59,508 nt of DNA, from the IMG/VR virus record IMGVR_UViG_3300049024_000030, positions 1 through 59,508 of that record. One strand, 5' to 3'. The stretch is from a virus. Lineage: Duplodnaviria; Caudoviricetes. Shown here in pieces: positions 35,045-42,226 of the stretch; positions within the stretch are counted from its first letter, which is position 1, and every line of letters starts with the position of its first letter. A program made the position numbers and the translations under genes. The notes beneath the pieces were generated by a model that saw only the letters and a program-made list of their open reading frames with translations, made no database searches and was not told where the DNA came from.

Positions 35045-35109
35045 TAGCGTTGCGTTGAGCGGCGATGCCAAGCATTGCGCAGACGCGCGGTGCCATGCGA
35101 AGCACAACG
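35045..35109 (-). repeat. 5-nt periodic array A (13 units)
   Basis: cgt TG tgc TT cgc AT ggc AC cgc GC gtc TG cgc AA tgc TT ggc AT cgc CG ctc AA cgc AA cgc TA. Confidence 0.82.
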
Positions 35110-35112
35110 TGG

Positions 35113-35454
35113 TCAAGTCGTCGCCTCTCTGTATTTCTTTATCGCCGATTGCAATTCAATCCGCGCCAGGTGTTCTTTGCTTTTCAAAACATCGGCGCGC
35201 GGGTACTCGTGAACCGATCCGTTCTGATAGTCGTAAAGTTCAGTCGCCGCGTCGTCCCACTTCACGCCACTTTCGGCCAGCTTATGCAGCGCGTCGAGTT
35301 GGGCGACGGCGGGAACCTTGACGGCAGCGCGCAGCGAAATGATTTCCTGATCGCGGTTCCACACGTCGAGTTTCAGTTGCGTGATATCCGCCTTCAGCCG
35401 CTCAATTTCCCGGCTGCGTTCGGTTAATGGATCAAGAGTTTTAAGTCCGTTCAT
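35113..35454 (-). CDS. hypothetical protein
   Basis: ATG after a G10 tract; coiled-coil N-terminus. Confidence 0.7.
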   Translation of the reverse strand: MNGLKTLDPLTERSREIERLKADITQLKLDVWNRDQEIISLRAAVKVPAVAQLDALHKLAESGVKWDDAATELYDYQNGSVHEYPRADVLKSKEHLARIELQSAIKKYREATT

Positions 35455-35466
35455 AACCCCCCCCCC

Positions 35467-36147
35467 TTACTGAAACCTGAACCCCACAAATCCGCGCACC
35501 TCGCCCGCGCGCTTCCCTCGCGTCTCGTTGCCTTCGCGGTAATGGTGATAGCGGCCTTCGACGCCGAAGTGAAGGTGTAAATAGCCGCTGATCTTGCGCG
35601 TGTGACTGAATTCCCCGCCGAAACCGCGCAATCCTGAATAACTGTAGGTATCTGGGAAGTAGTAAGAAAAGATCGCTTCGCTGCCGCCGAGCCTAACACC
35701 CGCGACCGCCGTTGGATTGACTGACGAGTTGTACAGGCGATACGGCCCGCCGGAACGGTAGACGCCGGGTGATCTGTCGAAGAAGTGCCTTATCGTGCTC
35801 ACCCCGCCGCCGACGAAGACCTTGTTCAACGGTTCAACCGGCAGATAGCCGACCAATACCGCCTTGTATCTCAATTCCGACTCGGCGCGCGTCGGACCGT
35901 ATTCGCCGGTGAAGAGATTGGGAATGATTGGGTTGTTCAGATACGCGCCGGTGAATCGCGCCTGGAAGCCATGCCGTAGATCGTAGGCGCTGTCGACGTA
36001 GGCGCCGGTGATGGTTTGGGAACGTTCGGCGGTGGTTCCGGCAAAGGTAACGCCGCCGCCAATCCATGTGCGCGGCGATTGATCCTGCGCGACGGCGGTA
36101 ATGGTTGAAAGTGCTACTAAAGTGAAAATCAGTATTCGGTATTTCAT
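35467..36147 (-). CDS. outer-membrane beta-barrel protein (Lom/Ail-like function possible)
   Basis: Signal peptide ending AVA-Q, alternating amphipathic strands, C-terminal VRGFVGFRFQ; RBS AAGGAG. Confidence 0.75.
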   Translation of the reverse strand: MKYRILIFTLVALSTITAVAQDQSPRTWIGGGVTFAGTTAERSQTITGAYVDSAYDLRHGFQARFTGAYLNNPIIPNLFTGEYGPTRAESELRYKAVLVGYLPVEPLNKVFVGGGVSTIRHFFDRSPGVYRSGGPYRLYNSSVNPTAVAGVRLGGSEAIFSYYFPDTYSYSGLRGFGGEFSHTRKISGYLHLHFGVEGRYHHYREGNETRGKRAGEVRGFVGFRFQ

Positions 36148-36244
36148 AACTGCAATGCTCCTTGTTTGGTTTCTGCGTTTAAATCGTCCCTGCTGTCCCG
36201 CTGGTCAGTCAGAGCCTAAAAATCGAACCTAGCCCGGTTTCCGC

Positions 36245-36469
36245 TTAAATGCGCCCTATCTCAGCGGCGGCTTTCTTTCTCAAATACCGCTCGCGCTGGT
36301 ACTCAGCCCGCTTGCGGTTCTCCCGCGACCAGCGGCGCCGTGACGCGATTCTGATCGGACAGTGAGCGTCCCCGGTTCCACGGCAACGTCGGTATGGACA
36401 ATTCAGGCAAAGCGCGGTGGCTTCCGCTTGTGAAATCGAGATTGCTTTTGGTGGCCGTCCTCGCGTCAT
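36245..36469 (-). CDS. small basic Cys-containing protein
   Basis: RGRP motif, CLNCPYRRC..C; ATGA overlap. Confidence 0.65.
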   Translation of the reverse strand: MTRGRPPKAISISQAEATALCLNCPYRRCRGTGDAHCPIRIASRRRWSRENRKRAEYQRERYLRKKAAAEIGRI

Positions 36470-36750
36470 ACGTCCAGTTCTTCCTCAGTGAACTCGCCGC
36501 CGGAAATAAACGTCTCAACGTCCGCCGCCAATCGCCTGTCCGCTTCCCTGCGCGCGCGCACGTTCATTTCGTCCCGGCGCCGCAGTTCGGATAGTTCACC
36601 AATCAACTGGCCTTCTTTCAGCCCGTCGCGGCGAATCGTGTGGTAGAAATGCGCGAAGACAATCGAGAGCGCGACGGCGAGGATTGATAAGCCGACGGCA
36701 GTGAACATAATCACCATTGCGATTTCGCTCGGTGTCCAGCTAGAAGACAT
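36466..36750 (-). CDS. single-TM hypothetical protein
   Basis: N-terminal TM; RBS GGAGG. Confidence 0.7.
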   Translation of the reverse strand: MSSSWTPSEIAMVIMFTAVGLSILAVALSIVFAHFYHTIRRDGLKEGQLIGELSELRRRDEMNVRARREADRRLAADVETFISGGEFTEEELDV

Positions 36751-37084
36751 AAGCCGTATCCTCCAATCGCACTAAATCCGACTCGCCGAATATGCAAATC
36801 TCCCAGTTACGCTTGCGCTCGTACTCCTGTTCGAACCAGCGCCGGGTTGTTTCGATAGCCGTTAAGAGTTCGTCATAGTCCCAATCGCGGTGAGTCTTCG
36901 GTGCGCCGAAAGCGTTTTGCCCGCAACACCAGACATCAAAGCCGGTTTCACTCGGCAGTCCGGTGTCGGTGTAGCGCTCGTGAATATCCACAACCAGCGG
37001 CTTATCGCACACCGGACAACTCGGCGCATAGAACCTATCGCGCGGAATCGTAAAAACGTCGTCGCGCAGAATGTCCAAGTTCAC
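36740..37084 (-). CDS. hypothetical protein (CxxC)
   Basis: RBS AGGAGG before GTG; CPVC. Confidence 0.7.
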   Translation of the reverse strand: MNLDILRDDVFTIPRDRFYAPSCPVCDKPLVVDIHERYTDTGLPSETGFDVWCCGQNAFGAPKTHRDWDYDELLTAIETTRRWFEQEYERKRNWEICIFGESDLVRLEDTAYVF

Positions 37085-37233
37085 ATAGCCTCCTTTCTCG
37101 GTTTACTTCGTTTCGCAAACGACAAACTTATCGGCTTCCTTGCCGGACGCGGGTTGCGGATGCCGGATTTGATGGCGTCGCGTTTGGCCTTCAGCCGCGC
37201 GTAGGTGGTTTTGAATGATTCGTCTCGCTTCAT

Positions 37234-37605
37234 TTACACCGCCTCCATTACAACAATCTCGATCTCCGGCGCGTACCGCCACCTCCCGCCGGTTTGCTGT
37301 TCGATCCGCCCCAGGCGCAGCCATTTCTCCGAGTCGTCCGGCGTCAGCGCCTTCTTGAAAATGCCGTCTATGACGTGCTTCAAGCCGGCCCAGATATTGC
37401 CCTGATCCATCACCCGCCCGCGACGAACGATCACGTCGATCATCACCGGCCCGGCCGATTTCGGCTTGCCGGCGGCCAGCCATGCCTTGTAAGCCGTCTC
37501 TCTATGAAACTTCGTCACGCGCATTTTCTGGCGAAGCTTCTTGAGCCTGTTCGGATTGGCGTCGTTCACGTCCACAGGAATTGTTAATCGGCAAATTTCC
37601 GCCAT
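37234..37605 (-). CDS. rusA: RusA-like Holliday junction resolvase
   Basis: NPN motif and MDQGNIWAGLKHVIDG...PDDS, matching the D.DN..K...D..DD pattern with variation. Confidence 0.7.
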   Translation of the reverse strand: MAEICRLTIPVDVNDANPNRLKKLRQKMRVTKFHRETAYKAWLAAGKPKSAGPVMIDVIVRRGRVMDQGNIWAGLKHVIDGIFKKALTPDDSEKWLRLGRIEQQTGGRWRYAPEIEIVVMEAV

Positions 37606-37624
37606 ATCACACCACCCCCTCGCC

Positions 37625-37837
37625 CTAACTAAACGGGCAATCCCAATCGCAATATTCAGTTCCGGCAAGCGAGCAATAGCCATCACGGCCTTTGCCGCAC
37701 TCGCCCATCAATTCATCGATCGCGTCATCGTCGGTGAATTCTTCGTCGTCATCGAAGTCGTAATTACACTCGGCGTATTCCTTGCGATCTCTGATCGCGC
37801 GATTCAATCTCGCATCCGGTTTCATGTCTTTAGCCAT
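37625..37837 (-). CDS. small acidic Cys-rich protein
   Basis: ATG overlaps TGA after GGAGG; ECG...CSLAGTEYCDWDCPF. Confidence 0.65.
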   Translation of the reverse strand: MAKDMKPDARLNRAIRDRKEYAECNYDFDDDEEFTDDDAIDELMGECGKGRDGYCSLAGTEYCDWDCPFS

Positions 37838-38017
37838 CACGCCGCCTCCCCGATCTGCCGCAACACGTTCTCTATCGCTTCCAGCCGCGTCCGTGGAAGC
37901 GAACGGGATACGCTGTGCGGTTAGATACTCCTCGACGGCGGACTGAATCTCGCGGTGAGTCGCCTGATCACGCAGAATCTTGCGGCCTTCTTCGATTGAG
38001 ATTCGCTCTTGAATCAC
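37837..38017 (-). pseudogene. probable internally deleted, frameshifted gene (VRR-NUC-like remnant)
   Basis: N-terminus THREIQSAVEEYL is in one frame; a natural-looking end LEAIENVLRQIGEAA* is in another. Confidence 0.4.
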
Positions 38018-38397
38018 GCCGCCTCCAATAGTTCGATCTCTTGCGGGTGAACGTTCAATCGCCGGCCTGCGTACTTCGGCGCGTCGTCGTCAAATAGCAC
38101 GTCGAAGTTGGCGCTTGAGTTGTGGCCGACGATAACGCCGAGAGCGTTGCCGACCTTCACCCGCTGACCGCACTTCACCTCCGGCATTCCTCGATACTTC
38201 GCGTTGCGCTCGAACGCCTCAGACGTGCGCGGCGCTCCGATCTTGCGCGCCCTCATTGCAGTGATAGGCACGTCAGGCCACGACTCGGTAACGTCGCGCC
38301 AGTATTCGTATTTCGCCTTTCCGGCGCTGCGGTGGTTGATAACCTTTGTCCAGTCGGTTCCAGCGACGGACACCTCGAAAGCAAATACTTCGTTCAT
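38014..38397 (-). CDS. hypothetical protein with SH3/KOW-like C-terminus
   Basis: SAGKAKYEY and GQRVKVG..GVIVGHNSSANFDVLF; overlapping start/stop. Confidence 0.75.
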   Translation of the reverse strand: MNEVFAFEVSVAGTDWTKVINHRSAGKAKYEYWRDVTESWPDVPITAMRARKIGAPRTSEAFERNAKYRGMPEVKCGQRVKVGNALGVIVGHNSSANFDVLFDDDAPKYAGRRLNVHPQEIELLEAA

Positions 38398-38624
38398 ACC
38401 GTCACCTCCCCGATCTGCCGCAACACCGCTTCCACCGCTTCAACCGGCGTGGCGCCAAACGTGTACACCCCGTCCTCGGCGTTTCCCCACACCGCCAGCC
38501 AGCGGCCGGTGCGATTCGGCGGCGAGAGAGAGATTTGAAATTCTTCGACAGCCTGCCACGCTTCGCTGTCAGTAAGATTGCGTTCTGGTTTGATAGATTT
38601 TGCTTTTGCTGCAGCTGTGCTCAT
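38394..38624 (-). CDS. hypothetical protein
   Basis: RBS GGAGGT; GATPVEAV motif. Confidence 0.7.
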   Translation of the reverse strand: MSTAAAKAKSIKPERNLTDSEAWQAVEEFQISLSPPNRTGRWLAVWGNAEDGVYTFGATPVEAVEAVLRQIGEVTV

Positions 38625-38643
38625 TGTTCCACCTCCCGATTGA

Positions 38644-39021
38644 TTACGCTCCCGCTGTCTGGCGATATGTCACGGCTTCGGCCTCTGCGCGGACGGCGCC
38701 GAGCAAACTTTGTAGCGCGCTTATTTGCGTCTTCAAGCTTTTCACCAGTTCCCATGCGGCTTCGTGTTCAGCCTCTGCCAGTCTCACGCGATACATCGCC
38801 TTGTCCGTGGCAATATCCACCAACGCCGCTCTGTGCGCCTCAGTCAGCTTCTTGCCGTTCTCGTCGTTCAGGCCGCACACACGCACAAGCTCAACCGCGC
38901 GCGACTGCCGATAAGCGTGCTCGGCCAGGCCATGCTCTTTTGCGGCTTGTTCGTGCGCGTTATTGGCGTGTGCCAGTTTCACAATCCCGTCGAGAATTTG
39001 TTCTTGCAGTTGTTCCCTCAT
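38644..39021 (-). CDS. coiled-coil hypothetical protein
   Basis: ATGA overlap with 39018-39248. Confidence 0.7.
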   Translation of the reverse strand: MREQLQEQILDGIVKLAHANNAHEQAAKEHGLAEHAYRQSRAVELVRVCGLNDENGKKLTEAHRAALVDIATDKAMYRVRLAEAEHEAAWELVKSLKTQISALQSLLGAVRAEAEAVTYRQTAGA

Positions 39022-39248
39022 ACACTCATTGCCTCCGTCAGCCGCGCGATTGCGGCCTGATAGTCTTCGGTGGACAGGTTGAAGTCGCCGATTGCGCGCT
39101 TCGCCGGCTCGTATACGTCGCGCCAGACGTTTTCGATAGTTCTGTCGCGCGATAGCCGGGAGGACTGTTCGATGATGCGGTTGACAGCGATGGCGATTAG
39201 TTCTTCTTGTGTAGGCGCGTCCGTCTCTACTGTGATAGTTGATTCCAT
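39018..39248 (-). CDS. hypothetical protein
   Basis: Overlaps the end of dnaB. Confidence 0.65.
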   Translation of the reverse strand: MESTITVETDAPTQEELIAIAVNRIIEQSSRLSRDRTIENVWRDVYEPAKRAIGDFNLSTEDYQAAIARLTEAMSV

Positions 39249-40600
39249 TTGTCTTCAAACCTCATTACCTGTTTGAGAAACACCAGTTCAACCGTACAAA
39301 GCGGCCCGTTGCGGTTTTTGAGAAGAATCAGTTCGGCTATGTTCTGCGCTTCCGTTTCCGGGTTGTACACTTCGTCGCGGTAGAGTCCGATCAGCAGATA
39401 CGCGTCCTGCGCGATCTGGCCCGAGTCACGAAAGTCTGAAAGCATTGGCCGCTTGTTGGTTCGCTTTTCCAGTTCGCGATTGAGTTGCGAAATGGCGACG
39501 ACGACGCAGTTGAAATCCTTGGCGATCTGAACGAGTCCGCGACTGATCTTCGCCACTTCCGCTTCACGCGACTCCCCCTTACCGCGTTCGCCGTCGCCAA
39601 GCTGGATATAGTCCACGAAGACAATATCTACGTGGCCTTCGTCGTTCTTCAGCTTGCGCACCGCTTCCCGCATTTTGCGCGGTGACAGCGCGGCTCTATC
39701 GTCGAAGTGGACGCGCCAGCCGGCTATCTGCTGCATGGCTTGTCCAACGCGAACCCATTCGTCCTTGTCCAGATACCCGGTGCGTAAGCGTTTCATGTCC
39801 ACCCTGGCGACGGACGCCAACAGTCGCTGCGCTTGCTGCTTTACCGGCATTTCCATTGAGAACCAGCCGATAACAGGCGGACGGCCGTCAACGAAATTGT
39901 CCTGGCACTCGGACATATGCGTTGTCATAGACAGAGCCAACCCAGTTTTTCCCGCACCTGGCGCGGCGCCGATAACAACCACCGTTCCGCGTTCCAGGCC
40001 GTCCGTGACGTAATCCAGATCGCGAAAGCCGCTGCTGAAATCCAGCACGCTACGGCCGGAATTGCCGCGCTCTTCGGCTTCAACCATTACGTCGTAGGCG
40101 ACGCCGGCAATATCGCGCCAGTAGGTAAGATTCGAGTCGCTGCCGATCAGCGCCAGATCCTGCTCGGCTTGCCGCAACTGATCGTCCACCGACTCTTCAC
40201 CGTCGAACGCGCGCGCCGTCACAGCGGCGCCGTAGTGAATCAGCCGGCGTTCGCGCGCGGCGTTTTTCACCAGCCGGACGTAATTTTCGATATTCGAGAA
40301 ACGCGGTACGCCGTCAAAGAGACTGGCAATGTAGAACTGGCCGCCGATGCGTTCTAACTGGCCGGCGCGGCGCAATTCTTCCGCCAGCGTCAACGGATCA
40401 ATCGCTTCGCCGCGGCTGTGCAGCGCGAGCATTGCCGCGTAAGCGGCGCGGTTGGCGGTTGAAAAAAAGTCGTCTTCGACAAGCGTCCCAAGCGCTTGTT
40501 CAAAAACCGCGTTATCGAGAATCCCGCAGCCGAGAACCATTCGTTCGGCTTCCAGGTTCGTCGGCAATGGTTTTTCAAACGTTACGTCCGGTTCTCTCAC
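39227..40600 (-). CDS. dnaB: replicative DNA helicase
   Basis: LPTNLEAERMVLG, Walker A GAAPGAGKT, FSMEM, VDYIQL, SQLNR, RPMLSDFRDSGQIAQDA, KNRNGP. Confidence 0.97.
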   Translation of the reverse strand: MREPDVTFEKPLPTNLEAERMVLGCGILDNAVFEQALGTLVEDDFFSTANRAAYAAMLALHSRGEAIDPLTLAEELRRAGQLERIGGQFYIASLFDGVPRFSNIENYVRLVKNAARERRLIHYGAAVTARAFDGEESVDDQLRQAEQDLALIGSDSNLTYWRDIAGVAYDVMVEAEERGNSGRSVLDFSSGFRDLDYVTDGLERGTVVVIGAAPGAGKTGLALSMTTHMSECQDNFVDGRPPVIGWFSMEMPVKQQAQRLLASVARVDMKRLRTGYLDKDEWVRVGQAMQQIAGWRVHFDDRAALSPRKMREAVRKLKNDEGHVDIVFVDYIQLGDGERGKGESREAEVAKISRGLVQIAKDFNCVVVAISQLNRELEKRTNKRPMLSDFRDSGQIAQDAYLLIGLYRDEVYNPETEAQNIAELILLKNRNGPLCTVELVFLKQVMRFEDKWNQLSQ

Positions 40601-41499
40601 CGTTCACCCCCTTGCGTTTTCGGCCGGCGGTAGTCCGCCGGCGCCGACACCACGGGCGGCCGGGTTGACTCAACCACCGTGGCCGCGCCGTTCGCTTCCC
40701 CGCGCTTACGCTTACCCCGGACGAATCCCGGCAAATCGGCGCGAAGAATCTGCAGCGTCAGCGGATAGTTGCTTCCCTGCTTGGCCTTCCGGCGGTAATA
40801 GTCCGACTCGTAGTCGGCAACGTCGGCGGCTGTGGCGCCTATGTCCACGCACACTTGCGCCAGCTCGTGGAACGGCGCCGCAGAATCGCCTGCAGGGACG
40901 CAAGGTTCCCCAACGGCTTTGGCCACTACGTCCGCCATTTCGGCCAGCGGGTCGTGAAAGTCGTCGAGCGGGTTGCCGCTGCTGCTGGCGTTCGCGCGCT
41001 CGCGCGTCGCCTCCGCCTCCGCCTCCGAATACGCCTCCGCCTCTAGCGGTCGCGTGACGGTCGCGTGACGGTCATTTTGCGGCTTTATTGCGTTGACTGG
41101 ACTTAAGCCGCTTCGTGACGGTCGCGTGTCTGCCGTATGGCCGTCGTCCGGCAGGCTGCTGTCAGGTTTAGGCTTGTCCGGCGCCGGGAACCTGCTGGCC
41201 GTCTTCTGCCTCATCCGTTGTTGAAAGTTCTGGATCTCCAGAAACCGCCGGCTCTTGGCATCCACGTAACAGCGAATCAGTCCGGCCTTCTCGCACGCAG
41301 CGGTCCAGCGGGAAATGTCGGTTTCACGTATATCTGGCAAGAGCGGGAACAGGTTGGCTTTCAACAATCGGGGATCGGCATGAAAACGTCCGTAATCGTC
41401 CGCCTTCATAATCAACCGCACAAAGAAGCGTTCTTCCTGCGCGTCGAGTTCGTTGACGGCGAATGAATCAGTCCAATCTCTGAGAATGCGATTTGGCAC
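40597..41499 (-). CDS. phage replication initiator / replisome organiser
   Basis: MPNRILRD...FFVRLIMKADDYGRF N-domain; low-complexity linker with iterons; upstream of dnaB. Confidence 0.8.
   Translation of the reverse strand: MPNRILRDWTDSFAVNELDAQEERFFVRLIMKADDYGRFHADPRLLKANLFPLLPDIRETDISRWTAACEKAGLIRCYVDAKSRRFLEIQNFQQRMRQKTASRFPAPDKPKPDSSLPDDGHTADTRPSRSGLSPVNAIKPQNDRHATVTRPLEAEAYSEAEAEATRERANASSSGNPLDDFHDPLAEMADVVAKAVGEPCVPAGDSAAPFHELAQVCVDIGATAADVADYESDYYRRKAKQGSNYPLTLQILRADLPGFVRGKRKRGEANGAATVVESTRPPVVSAPADYRRPKTQGGER
41047..41130. repeat. iteron-like repeats (CGGTCGCGTGA) inside the initiator gene; putative origin
   Basis: CGGTCGCGTGA twice in tandem plus CGGTC at 41047-41073, and CGTGACGGTCGCGTGTC at 41114-41130. 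Confidence 0.6.
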
Positions 41500-41518
41500 T
41501 TATTTAACCTTGTCCGAG

Positions 41519-42226
41519 TTAGGCGATTAACCGTCCTTGTTTTTCTATGAGCTCTTGCGCGGTGGTGCGCTGCGCACGCTTAGCTTTTACGTTACTGCTC
41601 TCCGCGGCCTCATGGACGTTCCGAAAGATTTTCACGATTGGAGTAGCGCTCTCAGCGGCTAGCGGGTGCGTTGAAATGCGGTCCCACGGCACTGCTTTAA
41701 ATGTAGCGTTAGACGTTCGCTGGTCATAGCATTGCTTCTGAGTTGTTTCTGGATGGTCAATAATGCCGACAAGGTGCTTCGTTCTTATTGCGGCCAAGGA
41801 AAGCAATGGCCCTTCCCACCTCTCCAAGTAAGACTGAAAAGTGAGATGCGGGTATAGAAACTTCCCTTCTGACTGAATAGCTGCCCTTCTCTTCTCAAGT
41901 TCGGTTGGAGCCCCATTATCGCGCTTGTTGCGCACAGTGAACGTGTCATACGGGAACTTCCCTTTGGCGATCTTGCCGTCAATACCAATGCGGGGTTGAA
42001 TTCTACTTGCGATCCCCGCAACGCCCTCTGGATAAAACAATAAGCCATCGAATCCGGCATACAGGTCAAGAATCTTTGCGAGACCTGACTTGTAAGCCTC
42101 TTCAAGAGACATAAAGTCGCACTCGCCCAGCCATCTCAGGTCTCTGATGATTGGCCAGACAATTTCAACAAAGGCGCGCCCGCTATGGTCTAGATCCCGC
42201 CTGACATCGCTATCCATTGGTGACAC
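41519..42226 (-). CDS. hypothetical protein, possible PD-(D/E)xK-type nuclease
   Basis: LDLYAGFD...GIASRIQ...DTFTVR..TELEK; overlaps the end of the MTase gene. Confidence 0.55.
   Translation of the reverse strand: MSPMDSDVRRDLDHSGRAFVEIVWPIIRDLRWLGECDFMSLEEAYKSGLAKILDLYAGFDGLLFYPEGVAGIASRIQPRIGIDGKIAKGKFPYDTFTVRNKRDNGAPTELEKRRAAIQSEGKFLYPHLTFQSYLERWEGPLLSLAAIRTKHLVGIIDHPETTQKQCYDQRTSNATFKAVPWDRISTHPLAAESATPIVKIFRNVHEAAESSNVKAKRAQRTTAQELIEKQGRLIA

Noticed and set aside
33636-35109. Classical CRISPR array for the Cas7-like gene
   Set aside because: There are no 25-40-bp repeats with regular spacers. The shared element is only ~11-15 bp, genes lie between copies, and no other cas genes are present.
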